Shown here: piece by piece, positions 39,672-48,855 of the stretch
Layout of the letters: every line of letters begins with the position of its first letter
Position numbering within the stretch: position 1 is the first letter of the stretch
Source of the DNA: Candidatus Micrarchaeota archaeon
GTDB lineage: Archaea > Micrarchaeota > Micrarchaeia > Norongarragalinales > SBBD01
NCBI GenBank assembly: GCA_018819225.1
Contig: JAHJQN010000007.1
Location: forward strand, 96,001 to 160,000
Reading direction: 5' to 3'
Length of the DNA: 64,000 bases
Made by a program: the position numbers and the translations under genes
The notes under the pieces: generated by a model
Told to the model about the DNA's origin: nothing
The model's database searches: none
The model's input: only the letters and a program-made list of their open reading frames with translations

Positions 39672-39845
39672 CTAGTCGAGCACGCCTTGCGTCACATTCC
39701 GAATTTCTTCCGAAGTGTTCGCGATGGAGTGTTGGGCGGGATTAAAGATGCGGTCTCGTGCCACGAGGTATACGAGCGTCACCAGAAAGATGACGGCTCC
39801 CACCAGCAACACGTATTCTACCGCGGTTTGCGCTTTCTGGTCCAT
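39672..39845 (-). CDS. 57-aa class III signal peptide protein (archaeal pilin-like; absent from the ORF track)
   Basis: MDQKAQTAVEYVLLVGAVIFLVTLVYLVARDRIFNPAQHSIANTSEEIRNVTQGVLD. Confidence 0.8.
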   Translation of the reverse strand: MDQKAQTAVEYVLLVGAVIFLVTLVYLVARDRIFNPAQHSIANTSEEIRNVTQGVLD

Positions 39846-40000
39846 GCTTTCAGTAAGAAGGAATGCAATAATAAACTACCGACTTGCTTCGCACGCGTAG
39901 AAGACTGTAGAACATTCGTTTCGAACCCTCCAGCCATCTGAAAATGTCAATTTTGACTCATTTGAACCGCGCGGAACCCTTTAACATCCTGAATCGTCGC

Positions 40001-40108
40001 ATGGTTTTCGTCATGATCATCAATCTGCAGAACGACTTCGTTAGCCCGTTATTTCCTGTTATTGTTCGTTATTTATTCTACGCCAAATTTACGTCGTTTG
40101 ACGAATGA
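40001..40108 (+). pseudogene. Possible remnant of a cysteine hydrolase/isochorismatase gene
   Basis: 35-aa ORF starting MVFVMIINLQNDFVSP resembles the family N-terminal hhhIDhQNDF motif. Confidence 0.3.
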
Positions 40109-40143
40109 AAAGCCTTTTATTCGCCTTCCGTGTAGAAAAACAT

Positions 40144-40238
40144 GCGGATTCTGTGAAGGTGGGTTGAACTGGTCGCCCGTTTGGCTCTGAAAGGGGCCTC
40201 CTAATGTTCGTGAGGCGGCCTGTTCGTTGATAGCTCCA
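40144..40238 (+). ncRNA. Candidate structured small RNA of unknown class
   Basis: Own TATA-like element (AAAGCCTTTTATT, about 40109-40121); stem GAAC-T-GGTCGCC / GGCGGCC-T-GTTC enclosing GGCTCT-GAAA-GGGGCC; no convincing ORF. Confidence 0.45.
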
Positions 40239-40277
40239 GTGTAACGCTTATATGGCGCGCGCGCCTCTCAATTAACC

Positions 40278-40817
40278 ATGATCACGATTCTTCGTTTAGG
40301 TCATCGCATTGAACGCGATAAGCGCATTACGACGCATTGCGGTTTGGTGGCCCGCGCATTATTAGCCGACCGTTTTATTCTCTGCGGGGAAAAAGACGAA
40401 TCCATTCTGGAGAGCCTGCGCTCGGTCACGAAGAAGTGGGGAGGAAAATTCAAGGTTTCTTACGAACCCAAGCCCCAATCGTTTCTAAAAAGGCAGAAAC
40501 GCGCTCTGAAGATCCATTTAACGTTCTACGGCGAGGACTTCGAAAAGAAAATTCCTAAAATCAAGCCTCAATCGAAAGGCAAATCCGTTATCGTCATCAT
40601 CGGTTCCGAGAAAGTCCCGACGGACGTCTATTACTTAGTGGATTACAACCTTTCGGTGACGCGGCAACCGCATTCCGAAGTCGCTGCGCTGGCGCTCTTT
40701 CTCGACCGCTGGAATCATGGACAGGAATTGTCGGAAGCGAAGCAAAAAAGGGCGTTCAAGAACGCGAAAGTGCAGATCGTACCGCAAGCCAAAGGCAAGC
40801 ACGTGATTAAACGTTGA
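40278..40817 (+). CDS. trm56: tRNA (cytidine-56-2'-O)-methyltransferase
   Basis: LRLGHR.ERDKRITTH, HLTFYG, GSEKVP, QPHSEVAALA. Confidence 0.95.
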   Translation: MITILRLGHRIERDKRITTHCGLVARALLADRFILCGEKDESILESLRSVTKKWGGKFKVSYEPKPQSFLKRQKRALKIHLTFYGEDFEKKIPKIKPQSKGKSVIVIIGSEKVPTDVYYLVDYNLSVTRQPHSEVAALALFLDRWNHGQELSEAKQKRAFKNAKVQIVPQAKGKHVIKR

Positions 40818-40953
40818 CGGATTTGCTTCCTGTCTTGTAATACGCGTCGAACACGCGTTTTCCACTCCGACGCTCCCCTATTTTTCTGAAAAGCTGTTTT
40901 TCTAAAATGCGGCGCACTCTGGGGTTCAGTGTTTCGCCTGCCTTAATACGCTC

Positions 40954-41259
40954 TTAGCGCGCGTCCTTGTGCTTCTTGTTCGACTTTTTACCGCCGAGCA
41001 GTTCCACGAGTCCATCGACGCGGCGCTCGAACTCTTCCTTATCGAGTTTATGGTGCATGTTCTTATGCAGGTCCACGACTTCCCTGCGCATCAAGACGGC
41101 TTTTCCTTCTAATAACGATACTTTACTGTCAATCAGTTTTCCACGCTTCACAATCAACTTTTTCAAATCGTAAGCGACTTTGATCATCCAAACCAGTGAC
41201 GCAATAACGACCACGAATACCAGCAGCGATACATCACTTAATCCCGCAATGATTGACAT
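40954..41259 (-). CDS. Small membrane-anchored coiled-coil protein
   Basis: N-terminal TM followed by a heptad region; fourth gene of the minus-strand operon. Confidence 0.65.
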   Translation of the reverse strand: MSIIAGLSDVSLLVFVVVIASLVWMIKVAYDLKKLIVKRGKLIDSKVSLLEGKAVLMRREVVDLHKNMHHKLDKEEFERRVDGLVELLGGKKSNKKHKDAR

Positions 41260-41275
41260 AGGCTATCATCCCCTC

Positions 41276-41572
41276 TCATTTATTCATGGCTATTGCGAAC
41301 TCTTTTTCGTCCACGCCTAATTGCGACGCGGTTTCCAGCATGCGTCGATGTGCGTGTTCCGCGTGCACTTTCTGGGTATGACGCCGTCGTGCATGCGTCA
41401 AGTCTTGCGACACGTGCGAGAGAAATACGCCGACGTCGTCCATGCGCTTTTCAGCTCGTCGCATCTTCTTATCGGAATGCGAAGACATTTTCTTCAAGAC
41501 ATAGCTAAACAACAGAACGGATGCCACCAGGACGCCGCTTCCCGTCCAGATCACGAGGTTCGCTTCAACCAT
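41276..41572 (-). CDS. Small membrane-anchored helical protein
   Basis: N-terminal TM followed by a charged helix; architecture like the neighbouring gene. Confidence 0.6.
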   Translation of the reverse strand: MVEANLVIWTGSGVLVASVLLFSYVLKKMSSHSDKKMRRAEKRMDDVGVFLSHVSQDLTHARRRHTQKVHAEHAHRRMLETASQLGVDEKEFAIAMNK

Positions 41573-41585
41573 GCCTTCATCCCTC

Positions 41586-41837
41586 TCACTCGAACACTTT
41601 TTCCTGTACGACATCCACATCAAAATCGCTGTTTTCAAGTTCGCCAGTCAGTTCGCCCAGTTCAGCGAGTTCTTGATTGATATTTTCCAAGTCCGCTTCT
41701 CCACCCGTTAAATCGACGTTCGGAGTCGCCGTAATTTGCTCCGTGGGAGCCGGCGTTGCCGTGGGCGTAGTCGTTGGCTGCTCCGTGCACCCCATGGCGA
41801 GTACGGCGATAAACATTATTGCAATGAGTTGCTTCAT
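41586..41837 (-). CDS. Small lipoprotein-like protein
   Basis: MKQLIAIMFIAVLAMGC lipobox-like; PT-rich linker; acidic helix. Confidence 0.7.
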   Translation of the reverse strand: MKQLIAIMFIAVLAMGCTEQPTTTPTATPAPTEQITATPNVDLTGGEADLENINQELAELGELTGELENSDFDVDVVQEKVFE

Positions 41838-41847
41838 TTCCAATCAC

Positions 41848-43401
41848 CTATACTCCATTTCCTCCCAGCAAATCCGCCGGTTGAGGTGTCGGCGAGGGCT
41901 TATCATCATCTGCATCCAGTGTTGGCGTGGGCGCGGCAATCGTGGGCGTCGCACTCGGCGTAACATCCGGCTCCAATTCCGGTTCGCCGGGCATCGTGGA
42001 CTTGTTCTTTACCGCGATGAGTACCTTCTTTACGTAATGCATCCACGTCAACGCATTTTTAATCGATACGCGTAGTTGAGGCAGCGTTTCCGCTTCCTCG
42101 ATTTTCGTTAACAGGTTTTCCCCACGCGTAATCGCGGCATCCAAACGTTCCACGGCATACCCCGCTTCCTCCAACCGTACTTTGATGGCTTTCAGCCTCC
42201 GAATCGTTTGCTTTATGGCTTGAACCCGTTCCTTAACCGCATTCTTCCAATGAGTGGCCAACCGGTTTTTAGCGTCCGACCATTTCTCCCGCACGTCTGA
42301 AACCACGTCCTTCTTCTTTTTCAGGGTCCCTGCCGCCGCAAACGCTTCCTTTTGACTTTCCACGTATTCTTGCGCTTCCTTTATTTGTTCTTCCGTCAAA
42401 TACCCGCTTTCATAAAGTCGGTTGATACCCTCCGACATCTTGCTCATTCGGAACTTGACGTATTGACTCACGCGATTCCGATTTTCTTTCTGACATGCGA
42501 CGAGGTCAACGGCATCCAGGCAGTCGACTTGTCCGACCTGAAACTGTTCATGATAGCACGTTTTCAAGTCTACGGCGTTCACGCATGCGCTTTCGCGGGC
42601 ATGATTCTCATCGAGTTCCCGAGCGCATTGTTTGACTGCCGCCGTATCCGCGGCCTGACCTGAACTCGTCGCCAAGCACGCATTCAATTCCTTCAAGCAC
42701 GAACTCTTCTTTCCAACGGAATCCAGGTCCTTGCAGGTCTCGCAACGCGATTTCGCCGTATCGTCTTCAAAAACACTGCAGTCAATTTCCACGTCTTTTA
42801 TGGCTAACCCGAACCGCTTCACGCAGTTGCGCACGTCTTCCGCGTTGTCGCTGGTCCGTTGGCATTCCGCGACCCCCGGCGCGACGTCATACGCGTGCGT
42901 GGTCGCCACTTTGAGCGCGAGCAAACATTTTTTCTTGTCGGCGCTATCCAGGTCGTTGCACTTCGTGATCACTCCGGAAACCGCCGAAGCGATTTTAGGC
43001 GCAGCGCCTTCGGTTCCCGCAAACTCGTCGAGGCACTTCTTTCTGGACTTTTCGTTCGTGATGACGAGACATTCTCTCTTCTTGACGAATGGCAAGTCGG
43101 AGGTCACTTGATCCTGAAGTTGCTTCTGGCAATCATCCCTGTTGGAAATCGCGACGGCATTGCATCGCTTGTAATCCGTATTTCCTTCGCTATTGATTTT
43201 TTTGAGGCACGCCACTTTTTCGTCATCATCCGTAATGGCGTTGCATCGGGAATACGCATTCGTGTAATCCGCGGTTTTTCTCGCGAGGGTGGGGGCGTCA
43301 TCATCTTCTCCGTATTGCCCGGTTCCCGTAACCGCACCGACTATCGGCGTCAAAAACAGGCCTACGGCAGCCATCAACAGCATCATCATCGAAAATTTCA
43401 T
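41848..43401 (-). CDS. Secreted protein with C-x(7-11)-C helical hairpin repeats and coiled coil
   Basis: Signal peptide; GGAGGTGA RBS; repeated paired Cys units; PT-rich tail. Confidence 0.75.
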   Translation of the reverse strand: MKFSMMMLLMAAVGLFLTPIVGAVTGTGQYGEDDDAPTLARKTADYTNAYSRCNAITDDDEKVACLKKINSEGNTDYKRCNAVAISNRDDCQKQLQDQVTSDLPFVKKRECLVITNEKSRKKCLDEFAGTEGAAPKIASAVSGVITKCNDLDSADKKKCLLALKVATTHAYDVAPGVAECQRTSDNAEDVRNCVKRFGLAIKDVEIDCSVFEDDTAKSRCETCKDLDSVGKKSSCLKELNACLATSSGQAADTAAVKQCARELDENHARESACVNAVDLKTCYHEQFQVGQVDCLDAVDLVACQKENRNRVSQYVKFRMSKMSEGINRLYESGYLTEEQIKEAQEYVESQKEAFAAAGTLKKKKDVVSDVREKWSDAKNRLATHWKNAVKERVQAIKQTIRRLKAIKVRLEEAGYAVERLDAAITRGENLLTKIEEAETLPQLRVSIKNALTWMHYVKKVLIAVKNKSTMPGEPELEPDVTPSATPTIAAPTPTLDADDDKPSPTPQPADLLGGNGV

Positions 43402-43561
43402 GTGGGTGTCACCTCCGAACAGAAACACTCTAATCGACGGTTCCGTCGTATATAAGCCTTTTGGATTTCTCGAACAAAAACGGGCTTTTTTTTATTCCCG
43501 TCGCGTTCGTTTTTTCGTTCTTTATCGAAACCTTTTTGAATGACGGAGCGGTTATGCTGGC

Positions 43562-45145
43562 ATGGATCTTGACGAGGCCCTCCGCAGCGCTAAAGCCGAG
43601 CGTAAGCCGTCCCGAAAGAAATCGGATGCCGTCCCAGCGGACGTTTCTCACGATTCTAAAACGTTGCCGGTGTCTTCCCCGTTTCCGGTGCCATCGGAGA
43701 CCGGGGAAAAAGTATTGGTCGAGAGCTACGGGGACGTTCATATCTACAAGGAAGAGGGCGAGCCGTTATACTGGTACGAGATTCCGGCACCGCACTTACG
43801 TGGCGAAGAAAAGGCATTGATTAGCACGCTGTTGGAAATTGCTTCGGGAGTCATCGGGGAAGCGGAAGGACTTACCGAATCCCAGAAGCGCACGAAATAC
43901 CTTGAAAAAATTCTGCAGATCATCGAGGCGACTCCCGAGCTGAAAGTCCCGATTCACGCCAAACAGTTTTATGCCGAAGCCGTGGTCAAGGAAATGGTGG
44001 GGTACGGGCTCATTGACCCCTTGTTACAGGATGAGAGTCTGGAAGAAATCATGATTATCGGTCCCAAGCGCCCGGTATTCGTTTTCCACCGCAAGTACGA
44101 GATGATGAAATCCAACATTATCTTTTACGAAGATCGGGACATCCGAAACTTAATTGACAAAATGGCCCGTTCCATTGGTCGCCGCATCGACATTCAGGCG
44201 CCTCTCTTGGACGCGCGCCTTCCCGACGGTTCGCGTGTCAACGCGACCATTGCGCCGGCGAGTATTGACGGCTCTACGCTCACTTTGCGAAAATTCCGAA
44301 AGGATCCGTTGACGGTCATTGACTTGATGAACAGCGGTACCGTGAGTTTGGAGCTTGCGGGTTTCTTGTGGCTCATATCCGATGGGCTCGGCGCGAAACC
44401 CGCCAACATTCTCGTGGCCGGAGGAACCGCCTGTGGGAAAACCACGACGTTAAACGTGTTAGCTTCGTTCGTTCCATTGGATGAACGCATCATCAGCATC
44501 GAGGATACGGCCGAATTGAACTTGCCGTTGGAGCATTGGATTCGTTTTGAAGTCCGGCCCTCCAGTGCGGAAGGCACGGGAGAAATCAACATGGACACGC
44601 TCGTTAAAAACTCGTTGAGAATGCGGCCTGACCGCGTGATCGTGGGAGAAATCCGCGGGGCGGAGGGCTTCACGATGTTTACTGCCATGAATACCGGTCA
44701 CCACGGTTGCATGGGCACGGTGCACTCGAATTCCGCTGACGAAACCATTGTTCGTTTGGGCGCGCCGCCCATCAGCGTTTCGCCGGTCATGCTTAATGCG
44801 CTTAATTTCGTCGTCATGCAGCACCGCATTCACGACCGGCGAAAAGGCGTTATTCGTAGAATGACGGAGGTCGCCGAAGTCATTCCGGGAGGAAAAAGCG
44901 GGCCGACCGTTCAAGACATTTTCCGTTGGGACCCCGCGAAAGACGAGATTCTTCCCACGGGATCCACGAGCCATTTCCTGCAAGAAATCGCGAGTTTTTC
45001 AGGTCTCACGCTCAAGGACATCGAGGAAGATATTGAGGAACGTAAACGGATATTGGCGGAATTGCAGCAAAAAGGATTCCGTTCGCATCGCGAGGTGTGC
45101 GACGTAACGCAAAGTTATATCCTGAAGAAACGAGGTCGGATTTGA
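43562..45145 (+). CDS. Type IV pilus/Tad secretion ATPase (CpaF/VirB11 family)
   Basis: DARLPDGSRVNAT, GGTACGKTT, SIEDTAEL, LRMRPDRVIVGEIRG, GTVH. Confidence 0.95.
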   Translation: MDLDEALRSAKAERKPSRKKSDAVPADVSHDSKTLPVSSPFPVPSETGEKVLVESYGDVHIYKEEGEPLYWYEIPAPHLRGEEKALISTLLEIASGVIGEAEGLTESQKRTKYLEKILQIIEATPELKVPIHAKQFYAEAVVKEMVGYGLIDPLLQDESLEEIMIIGPKRPVFVFHRKYEMMKSNIIFYEDRDIRNLIDKMARSIGRRIDIQAPLLDARLPDGSRVNATIAPASIDGSTLTLRKFRKDPLTVIDLMNSGTVSLELAGFLWLISDGLGAKPANILVAGGTACGKTTTLNVLASFVPLDERIISIEDTAELNLPLEHWIRFEVRPSSAEGTGEINMDTLVKNSLRMRPDRVIVGEIRGAEGFTMFTAMNTGHHGCMGTVHSNSADETIVRLGAPPISVSPVMLNALNFVVMQHRIHDRRKGVIRRMTEVAEVIPGGKSGPTVQDIFRWDPAKDEILPTGSTSHFLQEIASFSGLTLKDIEEDIEERKRILAELQQKGFRSHREVCDVTQSYILKKRGRI

Positions 45146-46294
45146 TTGGCGGACGATTCATCGGGCAAGCTGGACAAAATCAAACAGGCCATTGAACGCC
45201 GTGACCTAGAAGATGCCCCGTCCCGATCCGATTCGCCTCTCGACGAGCGCGTTTCGGAGATCGTCAAGCGTTTGAAGGAGAAGGACGACCGCAAGACCGG
45301 TATGCAAGGCCCGGAACAACGGTATGAACGCATCAAGGCGCGCATTCAAGGAACATCGACTCCCCTTTCAGTCAAAACGCGTAATCTCTCGAAAATTTCG
45401 GGGGACAAACCGATTCATGAAAGCGCGTACCTTTCCATCATCGGAAGCTTTTACGCGAGCATGAAAGGGCCTATTGACCGGGTCACCAACTTTGTTTCCG
45501 ACATTCCCATGAGTCAAAACTTGAAAGAGAATCTGGATTCCGCTGGTATCAACATCAACCCCGAGGAATACCTGATCATTGTATCCGCTCTGGCCACCGG
45601 ATCCTTCATTCTGATGCTCTTTCTATTCGGGGCGATCAGCCTGGCGGTAGCGGACGTGTCCCTATCCATTCTCTCCCCCATCATTGCGGTAACGTCTTCC
45701 GTTCTGGTCATCGTGCTGGGCTTGATTTATCCTTCCGTGGTCGCGAACGAACGCGCCTCTAAAATCAACCGCGAGCTTCCATTCGCTTTAAGACAATTGG
45801 CCACGCAAATCAAGGCCGGGGTCAGTTTTCATAAGGCTCTGAGCTCGCTGGTCACGTCTCGCTACGGGGTATTAAGCGAAGAACTCGAACGCGTGTTGAA
45901 GGACATCGAGCGCGGTTACAGCACGGAACAAGCGCTGGTGCGTCTCATCGGACGAACGAAAAGCCGCGGTTTGAAAAAAGCGGCGGTTCAAATCTTGAGG
46001 GCACTTAAAAGCGGTGGAAATCTTTCCAACACGATTTCGGCAATTGCGGACGACGTGTCGTTCGAGCTGCGCATGAAAGTCCGCGATTTTACCGAGAAAC
46101 TCAACTTCATTTCCGTGGTCTATATCATGGTAGGCGTTGTGGGTCCTGTCGTGGTCACCATCCTGTCCAGCATCGCCCAACTGCCTTTGATCGGCGGCAA
46201 TTTTCCGTTCGAATACATTGTCGTTATTTTCACGTCCATTATTGTGATGATGCTCATCATTCTCTTCATTATCAGTCGCATGGAGCCCGGTTAA
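45146..46294 (+). CDS. T2SS-F / TadB-TadC family platform protein
   Basis: INRELPFALRQLA, YGVLSEEL, SGGNLS; follows the ATPase directly. Confidence 0.9.
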   Translation: MADDSSGKLDKIKQAIERRDLEDAPSRSDSPLDERVSEIVKRLKEKDDRKTGMQGPEQRYERIKARIQGTSTPLSVKTRNLSKISGDKPIHESAYLSIIGSFYASMKGPIDRVTNFVSDIPMSQNLKENLDSAGININPEEYLIIVSALATGSFILMLFLFGAISLAVADVSLSILSPIIAVTSSVLVIVLGLIYPSVVANERASKINRELPFALRQLATQIKAGVSFHKALSSLVTSRYGVLSEELERVLKDIERGYSTEQALVRLIGRTKSRGLKKAAVQILRALKSGGNLSNTISAIADDVSFELRMKVRDFTEKLNFISVVYIMVGVVGPVVVTILSSIAQLPLIGGNFPFEYIVVIFTSIIVMMLIILFIISRMEPG

Positions 46295-46295
46295 T

Positions 46296-47207
46296 ATGGC
46301 CAATACCGACATTATTCAGTTAAAAATCGATGAAATGCAGCGCTACTACGCCGCGACGGGTTTCAAGGTCTCTTTCCTGCTTTTCGTTGCCATGATCTTT
46401 TTCTTCGCGACGCTCGTGGCGACGGTTATGCTTCTTTTTTTCAACGACGTGCTCACGGCGTTCGTGGCGTTCATTGCGGTACTGACTCTCGCCGTGGTCA
46501 TTCCGGTCAGTATTCGCGGCAACCGAATCGAAGCGATTGAAGGGAATCTGCCGGATGCCCTCAAACACATGTCTTCCATCTTGCGTGCGGGAGGGACTAC
46601 GGAAGACGCCCTCGAGGAAGTGGCCAACTCGGATTACGGCCCTCTCAGCACGGAGTTGAAAGTCGCCCTCATTCAACTCAAGGAAGGCAAGCCGTTCGAC
46701 GACGTCTTATACGATGCCGCCATGGATTCCGGTTCCGAGCTCTTCCGACGAACGGTCACGATTATTATTGACGCGAAGCGTGCGGGAGCGGGATTAGCGG
46801 ACGTCATGGATGCGATTGCGGAAGACGCGCGCGATTTAATCCGCATCCAAAGAGAACGCATGTCCCGTACGACCATGCCCGTTCTCTTCCTCTACATTTC
46901 GTCGTTATTCCTGGCCCCCTTCATTTTCGGGTTCACGCTCACCATCGTCATCTTCATTGGTTGCGGGCTTCAAGAAGCGCTCGGTGGGCAAACCATGGCC
47001 GTCGGCGCACTCAAGACGCTGATCGTGGCATTTATTGCCCTGCAAACCACCATCGCGGCGCTGGCGATCGGCATTATTCGTGAAGGAAAAGCGTTGAAGT
47101 ACGTCATGCGCGCGCCCTTCATGATTCTCATCTCCCTCGTATCCTACAACGTGGGTTTCATTATCGGCGGCATGTTAATCGGGACCACGGGCGGTTCGTG
47201 CGTCTAA
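46296..47207 (+). CDS. T2SS-F / TadC family platform protein
   Basis: IEGNLPDALKHMS..LRAG, DYGPLSTEL, AGAGLADVM. Confidence 0.9.
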   Translation: MANTDIIQLKIDEMQRYYAATGFKVSFLLFVAMIFFFATLVATVMLLFFNDVLTAFVAFIAVLTLAVVIPVSIRGNRIEAIEGNLPDALKHMSSILRAGGTTEDALEEVANSDYGPLSTELKVALIQLKEGKPFDDVLYDAAMDSGSELFRRTVTIIIDAKRAGAGLADVMDAIAEDARDLIRIQRERMSRTTMPVLFLYISSLFLAPFIFGFTLTIVIFIGCGLQEALGGQTMAVGALKTLIVAFIALQTTIAALAIGIIREGKALKYVMRAPFMILISLVSYNVGFIIGGMLIGTTGGSCV

Positions 47208-47276
47208 ACCCGTTCCGACGCCTTTATATCCCTGCGCGGCCTAAACTATTTGTTGTGCTGATTCTACGGGATTACG

Positions 47277-48404
47277 ATGTCTACGAAACGTGATTATTAC
47301 GAGATTCTGGGGGTTTCCCGCGATGCGCCCAAATCCCGCATCAAAGAAGCCTACCGGAGGCTGGCCCTCCAATACCATCCCGATCGCAACAAAGCCCCGG
47401 ATGCGGAAGAAAAATTCAAGGAGATTTCGGAAGCCTATGCCGTGCTGAGCGATGAAGAGAAACGGGGCAACTACGATCGTTTCGGTCACGCCGGATTCGA
47501 GCGCATGTATTCTTCGGAAGACGTATTTCGAAACGTCAATTTTGAAGACCTGTTCCGCGAAATGGGTTTGGGATTCGGTGCGTTCGGAGAAGAACCGGGC
47601 TTTCACAGCATTTTTGAGAATGTGTTCGGCGGCGGTTCCCGGCGAACGCAAGGAGAAAGCCTGCGGATCCCTCTGGACATTACGCTGATTGATGTCTCAC
47701 AAGGCGTTGAAAAAACGTTGAACATTGCTCGCTTTAAATCCTGTACGGCCTGCAACGGATCCGGTTCACAAGACGGACAAAAAGCCGTGTGTTCCCGCTG
47801 TCATGGCGCCGGTCAAGAACAGCGGATTCGAAGCATGGGTATTTCGCAATTCATTACGCTGAGTACGTGTTCCGTTTGCCATGGAACCGGCGGGATTATC
47901 CGAAACCCGTGCAAGACGTGTCACGGTTCCTCTCGCATAAAAACCAGTGAACGCATTCGTGTGAAAATTCCTCCGGGAGTGGAGGATGGATTCGTACTCC
48001 GTGTCAAAGGGAAAGGAAATGCGGCCGAGGACTCACGCGTGCCGTCCGGGGATCTTTACGTGGTGGTTACCGTGATCGAACACGACCTTTTCACGCGCGA
48101 CGGCTCTTATTTATTGATCGATGCCGAAATCTCGTTTTCGGTCGCGGCACTCGGCGGAATAATCGACGTGCCTACGTTGAAAGGACACGCGTCCCTCAAG
48201 ATTCCGGCGGGCACGCAAACGCATACCGTGTTTCGATTGCGCGGAAACGGCTTACCCGATCTGTCTTCGCATCATGTCGGCGACGAACTCGTGCGCGTGA
48301 TCGTTAAAACGCCGGAACGACTTTCCAAAAAACAACGCAACCTCTTGGAGACGTTTGCCGGTGAACAGCCTACCAAGGGATTCTTCAAGCGCTTCTTCCG
48401 TTAG
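47277..48404 (+). CDS. dnaJ: Chaperone DnaJ
   Basis: J domain with HPD, G/F region, four CxxCxGx(G/S) repeats. Confidence 0.96.
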   Translation: MSTKRDYYEILGVSRDAPKSRIKEAYRRLALQYHPDRNKAPDAEEKFKEISEAYAVLSDEEKRGNYDRFGHAGFERMYSSEDVFRNVNFEDLFREMGLGFGAFGEEPGFHSIFENVFGGGSRRTQGESLRIPLDITLIDVSQGVEKTLNIARFKSCTACNGSGSQDGQKAVCSRCHGAGQEQRIRSMGISQFITLSTCSVCHGTGGIIRNPCKTCHGSSRIKTSERIRVKIPPGVEDGFVLRVKGKGNAAEDSRVPSGDLYVVVTVIEHDLFTRDGSYLLIDAEISFSVAALGGIIDVPTLKGHASLKIPAGTQTHTVFRLRGNGLPDLSSHHVGDELVRVIVKTPERLSKKQRNLLETFAGEQPTKGFFKRFFR

Positions 48405-48841
48405 ATGCACCGCGTTCGAATCATTCCGTCCCGACCTTTCTGTAGCCCGCACCCCGACCGATCCTCATATTGAGAACAAACGCCTCCTTTCGAACCCGTT
48501 GTTTGGTTAACACTATGCGGCTCGCAAAGTCCCTGACACTGACTATTGTCGTCGCAATCCATTCCGTCATCCGTAGTCTTAAACACGCAATACCCGGTTC
48601 CCGAATAAAATGAATACTGATAGAGGCCTCCGGCCAATGCGCATGCTTCTTCCGTGTAACTGCTGGACGTTCGAATCAGGGCAGTCGCGGAAGGCACGCT
48701 CAGCGGCGGAGTTGAAATCGTTTCTTTTCCTGCTTCGTCCAGTACGGGTGGCGACGTCGTACTAATCGGTTGTTGTTCTTCCGTGGTCTGAAGACAGCCT
48801 AGCGTCAGGAGAACCATCCACATCCATCCGGCTCCATTCAT
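48401..48841 (-). CDS. Cys-rich lipoprotein-like protein
   Basis: LLTLGC lipobox-like; C...[18 protein letters not shown]. Confidence 0.65.
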   Translation of the reverse strand: MNGAGWMWMVLLTLGCLQTTEEQQPISTTSPPVLDEAGKETISTPPLSVPSATALIRTSSSYTEEACALAGGLYQYSFYSGTGYCVFKTTDDGMDCDDNSQCQGLCEPHSVNQTTGSKGGVCSQYEDRSGCGLQKGRDGMIRTRCI

Positions 48842-48855
48842 TTGATTCCATTCCC

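Noticed and set aside
43562-47207. Archaellum (flaI/flaJ) operon
   Set aside because: No archaellins, flaH or other fla genes nearby; two separate platform genes fit a pilus/Tad type
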